A stretch of DNA of 64,000 bases from Octopus sinensis. Lineage: Eukaryota. This document shows positions 28,473 through 41,830 of the stretch, one piece after another (positions within the stretch are counted from its first letter, which is position 1; every line of letters begins with the position of its first letter). The translations under genes and the position numbers were made by a program. The stretch spans positions 50,344,001 through 50,408,000 of the forward strand of contig NC_043009.1 of the NCBI RefSeq assembly GCF_006345805.1, in the 5' to 3' direction. Under the pieces are notes generated by a model. That model had not been told where the DNA came from and did not search any database. It saw only the letters and a program-made list of their open reading frames with translations.

Positions 28473-28738
28473 ATATATATATTCGCCTTCACCTTCAAAA
28501 CGTAGAGTAGATGGCAACTGAAGAAGGGTTTTTTTCCTTGTGTTATTTGTCCTGTAATCTATTTTTTTGTTGTTTAAGAAAAATGTCCAGTTCCTTGGGT
28601 TTGTGTCTATGTTTTCATTTCTCGTTGTGTTCGACGTTTTTTTGGTGTCCTGTACTCATATATATGCGTGTATATATACATGTAGAGGTAGGTACGTACA
28701 TATATGTATATATATATATGCATATGTTTTATTTATTA

Positions 28739-28772
<34 letters not shown>

Positions 28773-28899
28773 ACATACACATACATATAAGCATTAGGGT
28801 TTAAAATCAGAAGGGTACTCAATACATACAGAAAAGTTTATTCAGCATCCTCGGCAAGAAATGAACAAGTATATATATATACATAAATATATATCATTA

Positions 28900-29187
28900 T
28901 ATCAACCAGACTATCAGATATTGTTATACACTGCTGGTCACAATGTTCTTCACATCGTTTTAGCTTTTGAATGATGCCACCCCACTGGCTAGGTGATCAG
29001 ACCAACATTCCCCTGATTGGAAGGTTAGTCCATAGCAGAGTTACCCATTTATAGCTGAGTGGATTGGAACAATGTGAAATGAAGTGTCTTGCTCAAAAAC
29101 ACAATGCTGCAGCTAGTCTGAGAATTGAAACCACAATCTCAGAATTGTGAGTGCATCATCATTAACCACTCGGAAACATACCTTCAC
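28900..29187 (-). mobile_element. SINE family G, older full-length copy (tRNA head + CORE-like + V-like)
   Basis: Minus strand: gtgaaggtatgtttccgagtggttaa...ttgagcaagacacttcatttc...ccactcagctataaatgggtaac...gctatggactaaccttccaatcagggg. Confidence 0.7.
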
Positions 29188-29254
29188 ACATACATGTATA
29201 TATACATACATGCATGCAACTCCATAGTATTGGTATCACAATAAATCCACCCAG

Positions 29255-29450
29255 GGCACTCTGTAAAGAGGTAGGCACTAGGTAATACATCCAGACATAG
29301 AAATAAAGCCTAAATTGAACTATACAAGCAAAATGTGATCTTCAGAGCCATCTAAGAGAGTAGTAACTCTGAACAGGAACTGACTGAGATTGTGATAATC
29401 TATCCAACCCATACCAGCATGGAAAGCAGATATAAAAACAATGATTTGAT
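29255..29450 (+). mobile_element. Old family D-related element
   Basis: aggcactaggtaatacatccagacatagaaa...atccaacccataccagcatggaaagcagatataaaa. Confidence 0.55.
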
Positions 29451-29646
29451 GGAATCATTATAGCATCAGAAAAATGCAGTATTTCTGTCAGTTTTTCGTA
29501 TTCTGAGTTCAAGCCCTGCCAAGATCAACTGTCATCCTTCTGGAGCCAATAAAAAGAAAATACAATATTAGTCAAGTAGCACAGGTAAGATAACATCAAC
29601 TCTACTTTCTCCTCTCAAAATTGCTGGCCTTGTGCCTAAATCAGAA

Positions 29647-29679
<33 letters not shown>

Positions 29680-29681
<2 letters not shown>

Positions 29682-29891
29682 GGCAGTGTCCTGGCAGAAT
29701 TGTTACTGCAGCAGACAAACTGCTGAGTGGCATTTCTTCCAGTTCTTTATGTTAAAATACCACCATGGTTAACTTGCCTTTCATCCTTACAGGTTTAATA
29801 AAATAAGTACTAGCTGAGCACTTGAGGTTGCTGGTGGTGATGAAATTGACTTCCTCATCTGCTCAAAATCACTGGCTTTGTGCCAGAATCG
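29680..29891 (+). mobile_element. Old family C-related SINE (a second fragment at 29495-29650)
   Basis: aaggcagtgtcctggcagaa head and acttgcctttcatcctt...aaaataagtact. Confidence 0.55.
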
Positions 29892-30154
29892 TCAAGGATA
29901 GGTATCATCATCATCATCATCATCATTACATTGATATACTCCAACTATTGTCTTCATTTTGGTTGTTGCATTCACAATGGTTTAGCTGTCATATACTCCA
30001 ACTTTCTTTGGGTATCAGATGTATAGCGATGTCCTGCAATTTTAAACCAGGCCCTATATTCAACCAACCAAGCTAGACTTCTCTTATTCTGTTATCCTTG
30101 CAATTTCATACTTGTGATGCTATTTGCTCATTCAACTTGAAATAAAGTGTATAT

Positions 30155-30326
30155 AGGCGCAGGAGTGGCTGTGTGGTAAGTAGCTTGTTTACCAGCCACA
30201 TGGTTCTGGGTTCAGTCCCACTGTGTGGCACCTTGGGCAAGTGTCTTCTACTATAGCCTCGGGCTGACCAAAGCCTTGTGAGTGGATTTGGTAGATGGAA
30301 ACTGAAAAAAGCCCGTCGTATATATG

Positions 30327-30367
<41 letters not shown>

Positions 30368-30597
30368 TGTGTGTGTTTGTGTGTCTGTGATTGTCCCCCT
30401 AGCATTGCTTGACAACCGATGCTGGTGTGTTTATGTCCCCGTCACTTAGCGGTTCGGCAAAAGAGACCGATAGAATAAGTACTGGGCTTACAAAAAAGAA
30501 TAAGTCCCGGGGTCGAGTTGCTCGATTAAAGGCGGTGCTCCAGCATGGCCGCAGTCAAATGACTGAAACAAGTAAAAGAGTAAAAGAGTAAAGAGTA
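30155..30597 (+). mobile_element. SINE family A, full length
   Basis: Complete head, internal (TA)n(TG)n, tail (aaaagagt) x3. Confidence 0.93.
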
Positions 30598-31079
30598 TAG
30601 ACATAATAACCCAGGGATTCAACACTTGACATTTATATTCACAGTGTCTACTGTGTCTTGTAGAACAATTACTTAACGGAAATTAGAAGCTTTAAGCCAA
30701 ACTTTTGCTTATTGTTTTTGTTATCTTAGGTTTTCTGTTATCTTTCTTAAAGGCTCCTATTGTGTTTATCTTCATGCTACAACTACTGAGGTTATCAGAA
30801 GGGGCATCTTGTCTTGCTGCATTATTCCCATGGTATTATCTTGTCTTTATTCCACAAAAGTTGGTGAATCCCCTTTTTTTTTCCTCCACAAATGATCGCT
30901 CATGCCTGATTTTCTGTTTCCTCTCTGATTATGGCTCTTTGATGTTCCCCTCGCCTTACTTTCAAGGGGCTGATGTACTCACCAACCATAAGTGCATGGG
31001 ACAAAAATCCCATGCATATATGTATGTATTGATGTGCGTGTGTCTTTGTGTTTGTGTGTATGTATGTATATATATATAT

Positions 31080-31442
31080 CTTTACTCTTTTACTTGTTTC
31101 AGTCATTTGACTGCAGCCATGCTGGAGCACCGCCTTTAGTCGAGCAACTCAACACCGAGACTTATTCTTTGTAAGCCTAGTACTTATTCTATCGGTCTCT
31201 TTTGCCGAACCGCTAAGTGATGGGGACGTAAGCACACCAGTATCGGTTGTCAAGTAATGCTAGGGGGACAAACACACACAACAGGCTTCTTTCAGTTTCC
31301 GTCTACCAAATCCACTTACAAGGCATTGGTCAGCCCGGGGCTATAGCAGAAGACACTTGCTCAAGATGCCATGCAGTGGGACTGAACCCAGAACCATGTG
31401 GTTGGTTAGCAAGCTACTTACCACACAGCCACTTCTACGCCT
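31080..31442 (-). mobile_element. SINE family A lacking the internal (TA)n, inserted in a (TA)n tract
   Basis: Collinear with 30155-30597 in the opposite orientation. tatata flanks both ends. Confidence 0.9.
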
Positions 31443-32414
31443 ATATATATATATATATTGCATCTCTCAACATATAGATAGTTACATAATCTTGAATATT
31501 AACAATAACATTCAGTGAACTGAACTGCTATTAATCTTCCAAATCAGTCAGATTGATTATTGGGCCGAACTGGGGTTAAATAGCAGTAACTTTTGTTTTA
31601 CAAGTTTAAAGCCTTTAAGGAATTCAAAAATTGAGATGATTTATTTTCTTAATAGTTTCAATAAAAATATTTTCTGAAATTGTCTCATCAATTAAATGAA
31701 ATAATTTTAGTTTATTTTTAATATGACGATTTGCATTATCAAATTCTAAACTAAATGGATTATATCACTGTAAGATTTGTACAGTGTATAATAAATCTGG
31801 AAATAAGAAATTTTCTTTCATGTATAACTTTGAAATAGAAACTAACTGCAACATAAGCTGGTTGGTATTATGAAAAGAATATTTGTAGCAAAAGAAATTG
31901 GCAAAAATAGAAAGATTGTATGAGAGAAAAAGAGAGAGAGAGAGGTGGGGAGTTTTCATAGTAAATCTGTCCACTTTATACTAAAAAAAATTCTTCGTAT
32001 TTATGTTCAGAATAGTTTTCATATATAAATCTTAGCTTTATTAAGAAATTCACAAAATATTTTGATGGTTAAAAACAAAGAGATTTTCAGCAACTTGAAA
32101 TATCATTCACACTAAAAAGTCATCATTCACGTTAAGTAGATTTATCATTGTGGCAAGACACTGGAGCTAATGCAGTTGTAATTGGCAGGGGAAATTAGCA
32201 TAAGAGATGTACAGATAAGAATATGTATTAAAAGTATTCTCACATTCACAGCTCACTAAAAATGAAGCTTTTAAAAGTGTGAGAATGACTAAAAACCTCT
32301 GGCATGAATATAGAACATTAGAGAAGTACTCACATTTTCAAGACAAAATTAGTGGGGAGCAAGACAATAAGAGGAATGAATCAAGCCATTGTAGAGATGT
32401 TACCGCTCACTTAC

Positions 32415-32464
32415 ATGATAATACCATTTGCCGAGGGAAGTGTACAAGAATAATTTAGACAAAT
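32415..32464 (-). CDS. Candidate 50-nt internal exon
   Basis: ctttttattccctatattcag|ATTTGTCT...TATTATCAT|gtaagtga. Reads (x)LSKLFLYTSLGKWYYH. Good splice consensus at both ends, no homolog recognised. Confidence 0.3.
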
Positions 32465-34012
32465 CTGAATATAGGGAATAAAAAGCGACCAAAGTGCCAT
32501 AGCTTTGCAACAGTCATTTGTTATGGATATTTAATGAAATTCAGGAATTTTAGGTTGGCCAAGGTTTATTTAATATACATGCCTTCAAGGTGCAGGTGAC
32601 ATTAAATCTTGTAGAACAACTAACAGCATTGAATTCAATAAAGAATGAAGTATTTGTCTCAGGAAAGAAGCTCAATGCCTCGAAAGTCTTTGAGTGAGAT
32701 TAACTTTGTGTTACACCATCACTTATGGTTCAGGGGTGACATATTTCTTGAATTTGTCATATCATGAATAAACCAAAAGATGGTTTCTTAGCTCTTAAGA
32801 GAAATGTTATAAAGAAAAAAAAAGAAAGTAAAAAAAGTGAAGGAAAAAAATCTAAGAAATGCAAGAAATTAACAAAAGAAAGGACATATGAAAATGAAAA
32901 ATGGAGACAGGGTTGGTGGTTGGTATAAAGAATGATAAAAATTAATTTATTATTAAACAGAAAATCTAAACAAATATATACGATAAAACATACAGACACC
33001 ATGGGTAAAGGAAGAGAATAGAAACCAAACCTAAAAACAAAAGCTAAAAATATAACAATATCACAATAATAATGATAAAACAAAACGAAAATTATATATA
33101 TATATATATATTATAACATTAATGATATTGACAATGATGATGACCATAATGATGACAACAATAAATAACATAACAAAAACTATAAAACACTCCTGAAAAT
33201 TTGGTTCATTTGGGCCACTATAAATCTTGAATAACGAATACAGGATAAAATTTTAATCTTCCACAGAAATGAATGGGTTGAATGACAAAATCTAGAACAC
33301 CCTTGGTTTTGTCATCATTAAATCCCTCAAGAAGTGGAGGGACAAATTCTAGTAACAAACAAAAAGGGAAAAAAAAAAAAAAGGTTTTGCTTGCCATTTG
33401 AATTGTATTTTGTTTACTTATTTATTTTACCATTTCCACAATTCAGAAAATCCTGACTTGCAAAAAAGATTATACAATTTTCTTTAAACAATAATTTTGA
33501 AGCTTAACACCAATAAAGCTTATTTCTGATATCACATGAATCTAAACAAAACACATATGTACAACTTACTGATTTGAAACACAATTTGAATAACTAAAAT
33601 AAAATATAAAAATAGTTCTTATCTGCTGTACTGATTATTAAAAAAAAGAGGGGTGAGGCTAAGGTAAATAGGTCAGGAAAAAAATGATCTAGTAAACAGT
33701 TTTTTAATGTTGCTGATGAGATAAATTATATTATCACATAAATGTCAGTATGATATGTTTTGTTATTATATCACAGATTTGATATTTGAGTCATTCATCT
33801 CCATCTGACATCTAAATATAAGAACAGTAATAAATACACAAGTTCATATAAAACTATATTCTAAGTTGTGCAAAATATTCTCAATCAGCAAGTTAGTAGC
33901 GTGAGCAATAGCTTCGACTGTATTGCGGACACCACAAAAGTTATGTATGAATTTCAAGAGAAAATTATTTGTTCACTCCCTCCTGACAATCAAAATGAAT
34001 TTATTGGTTATG

Positions 34013-34093
<81 letters not shown>

Positions 34094-34441
34094 ATACACA
34101 CACACACTCACTCACTTTCTCGTCGCTTTAAGAGATTGAGGAAGTTCACATAGTAGGAGTATAAGTTTTTGTTTTTGCTGTGGTGGTGGTGGTGGTGCTG
34201 GTAGAGCCTCAAATCAGTTTAGCTTGCATAGATCCATGGCAAATAGGATGACAAAAAGGCAGTCAGCAAAAATACTAAATGTAGCCCAAAAGTCTGTGGT
34301 TCCAGAAAACACTCACAACTTAGATGTATTGCTGTTGCTAAATTAACCAAACACTACAAGCAAGAGGAGAATAACTGAGCAGAATAAATAAAGCAAGATG
34401 AGTATAGCTGAACAAGATATATACAGATGCACAAAATGAAT

Positions 34442-34740
34442 ATCATCATCATCATCATCATCATGGGTTGGATAGTTCAACTGGGGTCTGGGAAGCCAGA
34501 AGGCTGCACCAGGCCCAGTCTGATCTGGCATTGTTTCTATGGCTGGATGCCCTTCCTAACGCCAACCACTCCATGAGTGTAGTGGGTGCTTTTTACGTGC
34601 CACCGACACAGGTGCCAGGCGAGGCTGGCAAACGGCCACGGTCGGATGTTGCTTTTTATGTGCCACCGGCACGGGGCCCAGGCAAGGCTGGCAACAGCCA
34701 CGATCAGATGGTGCTTTTTACATGCCACTGGCATGGAGTA
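34442..34740 (-). mobile_element. Family D SINE-like element (RTE-type tail) with internal ~62-bp tandem repeats
   Basis: (CAT)n tail on plus, ggatgcccttcctaacgccaacc core, gtgctttttacgtgccaccg unit repeated about 2.3 times. Confidence 0.85.
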
Positions 34741-35970
34741 TATGTGAGGAAAAAGAGAATAATTGAGCAAGGAGTATAGCAAGTCAGAGGAATATAGCAA
34801 GCAAAAAGAGCATAGGTGATAAAGTAGAGTATAGTTTATCATAAAAAGTATTGGTGAGAAAGAAGAATATAGTACAGCAACAGGAATAAAGTTGGATAAC
34901 CAGGTTTCCAATACCAGAACAAGTAATTATAGCTACTTTTATCTGTTTATATTTCATTCACAATGTAAAGAAAAGATTATAGTTTATTAAAAGGAATTGT
35001 TCTTAAACTAAAAATGTCTATAATTTTTCATAACTCCGCCTCAGCTACAGATATGTTTAGCAAAGATGCCTATATGTAGTTGCTCAACCTGCTAGAAATG
35101 CCCACAAAATCTCTCTCAAATCTCAAACCACCACCTTAGATAAACACAGAAGATGGCAAGATGTAGTCCAGCGTACCCTTTAGAAAAACCTAATGGACAC
35201 TAACGGCTGGAATGTCTTTGATTGTAGGTCTGTCCAATGAGTTTGATGCGAGGGTTAAATAGCAACAACAGAAGTGAGAAGCATGATTCAAATTATATTT
35301 ATTTGTTCAAAGACTCAATTCTTGCATATTCATGGTCAGATTGCAGAAGGTTTAAGAGTATGAGTCAAAGTACTTATTAACTTTAAGTATATATTTTTAC
35401 AAGGATATGTATTTATCTTTACCATCATTATCATCATTATCATCAACATCATCATTATTATTATCATTTCCTATATAAAAATCGAATGAAAAAATAGAAT
35501 CACACTTTGATTATAGGATTACAGTAGCTAGGTTGGTGTGATTATTCAATAACAGTTGAAGTATAAAGTGATTGTAGAAAGAAGTGCCTTTGATGCAATT
35601 ATGTCTTGAGATTCAAACAGGTTGGACAGGTATATAAACAAACAAATGTATTCTCTCCAGCAATTTATCCAACTTAATTTGAAATCCTATTCTGGAAATC
35701 GAAGCTAATGATTATAAACCATATAATTCATTTTTCTTATAGTCACTTTATGACATGGACCACAGCAATATCAAATTGACAGGCTATACTTTGTAGTTGG
35801 AAGCTTGCTCCAAGCTAATATCAAACTGCATGTCATCTACATACATATATATATATATCTTCATGCATACATGTGCACAGGCACAGAGTTGCCTCTTAAA
35901 ATTTTCACAAAATCATAGGTGCAGGAACTTTGAACTTTGGAACTTATAAAATACAGCCAATCCCTAATTT

Positions 35971-36140
35971 AAACAGCTAAAATGTTGGTAAGGCCCTAAA
36001 TTTTAAGCAGCTCAAAATGCAATCAAATTCTTTACTTAAACAGCTAAAATGCAGTCAAACCCTTTTCAACAGCTAAAATGTAGTCAAACCCTTATTTAAA
36101 CAGCTAAAAATGCAGTTAAACTATTTGACAACTAAAAAAA
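35971..36140. repeat. ~31-bp minisatellite (AAACAGCTAAAATGCAGTCAAACCCTTATTT-like)
   Basis: About 6 diverged tandem units. Confidence 0.8.
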
Positions 36141-36170
36141 TCAAATATCAATTCACAAACAGAATAACCA

Positions 36171-36246
<76 letters not shown>
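36171..36246. repeat. (AAT)n microsatellite
   Basis: Direct reading. Confidence 0.97.
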
Positions 36247-36249
<3 letters not shown>

Positions 36250-38958
36250 TCCAAAGATTACGGGAAAAATCAACTTTATTTTCTGGAATTCTTTCACCGT
36301 ATTTCTGAAGAAATCGGCAAGTTGCAAAACTGCTAAAATGCCAGAGAAATGAATATCAACAGATCTCTTTCAACTCCTCAGAAATGAAATAAAAAAAGAA
36401 AGCGAAAAAAAGGACAAAAATAAAAGCAAAAGTAAATAACCCCAACACTAGAACTACCACCACCACCACCACCACTACTACTACATTTGAAATTAAGGAT
36501 GAAAATAAGAAATGTTCCACTGTGGTAACATGAACATTTATTTCCTATAATCTATTTGCCTTGCTGAAAATAAAGCAGAGATTTTTCTTTGAAAGCAGCA
36601 TTAGTTTTCACTGAAGTGAAAGAAATTAGCTAAAGAATTCTTGCTCTGGTTTTTATTTCACAAAAACCCACATGCATACACACATTCTCAAACTTCCAAC
36701 GAATAAGCAATTTACTAAAATGGTGATTCACTTCTTAATTTATTAGGATTATACCTCAATGAAATAAATCAAATTCATTTACCTGATATCCAGTTGAAAA
36801 AATAAAAATTCTTTTTCAACAAACTGAACAAAAATGCTTCGTAAAATTTGTGATATCTTGGAAGATACTTACCTAAAAAAAAGAAAAAGAAAAACGGTTT
36901 GATAGTGTAAATCATAGCTATAACAATCATTAACAGATATATAAAATTTATAACCAAAATTTGTCAAGCAAACACCTCCGCTTTACTTTTGAATATGTGG
37001 TGATTGTGGTGGTAGTGAGAGTATGTAGATGTATGTTAATGTGACATTTCTATAGATTGGTAGGGCTTAGAAAGTGAAGATTTTCACTAGAGGTTCTAAC
37101 TATACAGCTGCTAAATTGATGAATGATTGAGAGTTAGTAATGTAAAGAAAGAGGTGACCTCTCGTCTTCTAAAGATGATAGATATTTTTTTCTACTACAA
37201 CTGCTGCTTAATAATTCATAAACATTTTAAATCATCTGGATTATTTTTCCTTTTACCTTGCAGTGGAATGTTCTTTTTATTGGCTAGGTTTTTTTGTTAA
37301 CAGGTGTCCTACTGTTCTAAAGCTTATCAGTTTTCATAACATTAATCAAGAGTGAAAAAGAGAGATTTTCTCTTTGGATAGGATGTAAGTTTATCACAAA
37401 TTGGGAACAAGTTTCTTTTTCATTTCTTTTTTCGTTTTTTTTTTTGCTTAGTTTATATATTTTTTTATTATTACTTTCTATCATTGCAAGCCTATGAAAC
37501 ATTAATTAATCAGTGTCCTTTAAAGCACTGAGTTTTATGTTTCCAATAATACTTATTTATAGCTAGGTGAACTGGACTAATGACAGGACACCAATAATGG
37601 AGCATACAGCTGGTAAGCTTGCACTTGTTATTCCATCATTTGCAGTTCCTTCATGAGAAACAAGCATTCAGAGAATTGTTGGTTAGATACAACACTGGTC
37701 TACATTGCATAAGATTAAAGTTCAAATCCACTGGAAGCCTTATCTTTGCAGTTTTGCAAAACTATTTTGGAGAGTTGGTAACATAACTCTCTTTTAATAT
37801 TGTAGGAAAACTACATAAAACCCAGCCCAAGTACACGTTCTTTTTGTTTAGCCCCAAGTCAACCCTAATAAGGTACACTTATCACTGAAGAAATTCCAGC
37901 ATGATCATACCATTTTTTTTTTACAGCACTGTGTATTCCAGACTATGTTATCAAATAAGTACATTTTTTTAGATGTATGATATGATTTAAGAGAGGTTTC
38001 GCAGCTATTTCTAGCTGATCTAATTATCACATAAAGCTCCCTCGTTTGTTTATACAAACACATACATTAATAAGGCAACTATGATACCGTATAAGAAACG
38101 GAGATCAAATCATTTTAAATATAGTCTTAGAAATCTGAAAGAAAAAAATAAGAGCCCTCAAAATTTGTGCCATCAGCAAATAATAATTCATTCCAGTAAT
38201 CTAGAGCTGCTGTAGGTACTTTCTGTGTATTCTGGGGTAGTACACTTAATTTAATATCTCAGCTTAAATGGCTCTAAATGATAGGTTGCACATCAACTGG
38301 GAATGTCACTGGCAATAAACTGGTATCTGGAACTTTATCTCTTATTCACTTAAGATCATGAAACCAGATCTCAATACCAGTCCCTCAAGTCTAAGGAATT
38401 ACTACTTACATTACATGTGAGATAAGTAACTTCTAAAGTGGCTAGAATAATTGAATTTGCTTTTTTCCTGTCCTAGACATCCATCCTGTTACCTCAGGCT
38501 TAAACAACTTTAAACATACATTGGTTTTTCTTTTACTTTTTTTTATATATATCCTTACACACTGCCATAAAGTTTTTCATTTTGTTTGTACCATATTTTA
38601 GGCTATTATGATTTAATTCCTATCGTAGATCTATTCAAGTAGTCAGCTCTGATCAAACAGCCCTATGATGAAAGGAAGGCCAGACATGACCATCAAGTCA
38701 TTTTTTTTTTTCTTTTTCAGATATAAGTACCACAGACTGCAGAATCCAATATGTCTTTCAAGATCAGTATAACTTGTAGGAAATTTGGTTGCTATTTCTA
38801 GTAGGTTGAACAACTTATACAGAGAAACCTTTGTTGGTTTTATCCCTTCAAGTTTTCTTGTGAAGTGGAACTTGACTAAACAAAGTTTTAAATACGTGTG
38901 TGTGTGTGTGTGTGTGTGGTGTGTGTGTGTGTGTTGTGTGTGTGTGTGTGTGTTGTGT

Positions 38959-39012
<54 letters not shown>

Positions 39013-39350
39013 CCATATTATGAAGAAAACACTGCAAATGAGATGAGAGATGTCAACCAGCTTTAGAAGTCATTATCATTTTGATAAACATGTGTTTTGC
39101 AGGCATGCACACAAACATTACAAACACAGAGAAATATTGTTTGTTTTCGTTTCGTTTTATATTTTTTTCTTCTTCTGCAATATAGCAAGACACCAGCAGT
39201 GAGTCCAGGGCAAAAAGCTAAAGCAGCTAAAAACAAAAACAAACAGATAAAACGATGAGTATCTTGTTTAAGACAAATGTGTTTGTTTCTGAAATAGTCA
39301 GTAACATCTTGTGACATCTGTTATATAGTCTCTAAAACAAGTAAGAAGCT

Positions 39351-39353
<3 letters not shown>

Positions 39354-39396
<43 letters not shown>

Positions 39397-39418
39397 GTGT
39401 GCGTGTGCGTGTGTGTGT

Positions 39419-39481
<63 letters not shown>

Positions 39482-39562
39482 GGTGCGTGTGTGTGTGTGT
39501 GCGTGTGTGTGTGTGTGGTGTGTGTGTGTGCGTGTGCGTGTGTGTGCGTGTGTGTGTGTGTG

Positions 39563-39607
<45 letters not shown>

Positions 39608-39667
39608 TGTGTGTGTGGTGCGTGTGTGTGTGTGTGCGTGTGTGTGTGTGGTGCGTGTGTGTGTGTG

Positions 39668-39699
<32 letters not shown>

Positions 39700-39740
39700 G
39701 CGTGTGTGTGCGTGTGTGGTGTGTGTGTGCGTGTGTGTGT

Positions 39741-39772
<32 letters not shown>
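39354..39772. repeat. Long interrupted (GT)n microsatellite
   Basis: About 420 bp with recurrent gc and gg interruptions. A shorter tract lies at 38895-39008. Confidence 0.97.
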
Positions 39773-39778
<6 letters not shown>

Positions 39779-40212
39779 CTTTTGAGATGACTAAACTTTG
39801 ACAACAAACATCATTATCAGTATTGTTGATAACATTAGTGTTATTGTTGTTGTTGTTACTGTTGTAGATGTTGAAAAATAAAAACACAAAACAAAAAGAC
39901 TGCTGAACTAAGTAAGTTTAGCCTGTTTGGACTGTGGGCCAGACAGCAGCTCTTAAAGCTGACAACATGGCAGCTACAGAATAGGAATTCCAGATAATCT
40001 CAGAAGACAAATCTAATAGTTTATAACTTCAAAGCTGTTTTGTATGTCTAGTTTGTGGGGAAGTGTGTGAGGGGAAGAGAGAGGAGGGTAGAAAGAGAGA
40101 GGTATGAGCTGTGTAGTGGATTTGAAGATGGAGAGAAAGAGAGAGAGATGGAGGGAGAGAGAGAGAGATATGCACAGAGAGAGAGAGAGAGATGGAGGGA
40201 GAGAGAGAGATG

Positions 40213-40530
40213 CAGAGAGAGACAGAGAAAGAGGTACAGTGAAAGAGAGAAGTTATTGAAAGAGTACTGAGAATAGCAGAGAGAGGGGGGGAGAGAGAGA
40301 CAGACAGAGAAAGTGGTACAGTGAAAAGAGAAGATATTGAAAGAGTACTGAGAATAGCAGAGAGAGGGGGGGGGGAGAGAGACAGACAGAGAAAGAGGTA
40401 CAGTGAAAAGAGAAGATATTGAAAGAGTACTGAGAATAGCAGAGAGAGAGACAGACAGACAGACAGAGAAAGGGGTACAGTGAAAGAGAGAAGATATTGG
40501 AAGAATGCAGAAAATAGTGAAGAGAGAGAG
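40213..40530. repeat. Four-copy ~80-bp purine-rich tandem repeat
   Basis: Unit gagagagacagacagagaaagaggtacagtgaaaagagaagatattgaaagagtactgagaatagcagagagag(g)n, inside a ~700-bp purine-rich tract. Confidence 0.85.
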
Positions 40531-41325
40531 AGAGAGAGAGTGCAAAGAAAATGGTAGGCAGTGAGAGAAATGATAAAGAGAGAATAATGAAAAGAGTAAA
40601 AAGATGGCCAATAGAAAGAGGGATGAGACAAAGGAAAGGGAGAGAAAGGGGATGAAGAAGAATTGAGGAAGAGAGTGGGAGAAAGAGAAAGGAAGGAAAA
40701 TTGGAGAGAGAGAAAAAGAATAAGAAATGAGAGAAAGAAGAAAAGAACATTAAGAAGAGTTAAGAGAATAACAAAGAAAAGTGCAAAAAAAAACAACAAA
40801 CAATAAGATATAACAAAGAAAATGAAATATAAAAAAAATCAAGTGATTTCTTTTTTGTTCTTTTTAACCAATTCCTACATCAGTTGCTATGGAAGAAGTA
40901 CTTTATTTTACTGTCTCAGTCTTGGTTCTTTAATAGATAGAGGATAACAAATAAGTGAGGAGAGATAGAGAGAGAGAGAAAGAAGGGTTTTGCAATAACC
41001 ACCACCACCACCACCACCACCACCACCACCACCACCACCACCTCTAACCCCACTTATTATTATTTTCTTTTTTTTTTTTTTTTTTTTTTTTTGTCTGATA
41101 TAAAGAATAAATCTTTAGATTAGCACACTGTTCTACACCTAAGAAACCTAAATAATAGATAAGCTTGGCAAAAAATGTCAGGAAGGAAGGAATTTATTTT
41201 AGAGTTTCTGAAATTTTCTCAAATTTCTTATATACATTACACACATAAACATATATTTACACATAAACATGTGTGTGTATGTGTTTGTATTTGTGTGCAT
41301 ATGTGTGTGTGCGTGTGTGCGTGTG

Positions 41326-41365
<40 letters not shown>

Positions 41366-41496
41366 TGTGTGCGAGTGTTTACACATATATTTCTCAAAAG
41401 TCAGAGGTTGCTGACTTGAACAAACACACTAAAACAATTTTGAAAAAAACTTCTTTTATGTTTAGATAGTAAAATCCTTTACATAAGTGATATGGA

Positions 41497-41830
41497 TGTG
41501 GGCATGATTGTGTGGCCGAGACAGTTTTCTTAACCAAGTGGTTCTGAGTTTGATCATACTGTTTGGCAGCTTGAATAAGTACCTTCTGCCATGACCTCAG
41601 GTTAACCGATGTTTTGTGAATCAAATTTGGTAAATGGAAAACTGTGTAGAAGCCCATTGTATATTTCAACTCTTTTACTGACTTCAGTCAATGAACTGCA
41701 ACCATATTGGATGACACTTTCGGGGGTTTACTCAGTCAACATGACCCCCGGACTTATTTTATGAAGCTCTATTTGAGTAACTGCTAAGTAACAGGACACA
41801 TAATATGACACAAACACTGGTTGCTACATT
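41497..41830. mobile_element. Two old family A fragments: plus-strand head (41497-41665) abutting a minus-strand tail (41667-41830)
   Basis: aaccaagtggttctgagttt...tggtaaatggaaaactg...agaagcccattgtata, then ctcttttactgacttcagtcaatgaactgc...ccccggacttattt. Confidence 0.55.

Noticed and set aside
33868-34015. Open frames on both strands before a (CA)n tract
   Set aside because: No convincing pair of splice sites and no recognisable domain.
35971-36140. CRISPR-like look of the 23-, 30-, 31- and 80-bp arrays
   Set aside because: Units are directly tandem and degenerate, with no unique spacers and no cas genes, in a eukaryotic context.
39298-39887. His/Thr- and Cys/Val-rich ORFs of up to 188 aa
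   Set aside because: Translation of (GT)n. The same applies to the many other TA, CA and GA ORFs, for example 28066-28365 and 46030-46518.
40029-40799. 256-aa Leu/Ser/Phe-rich ORF, the longest in the track
   Set aside because: Translation of the pyrimidine strand of a (GA)n-rich tandem repeat, with no domain signature.
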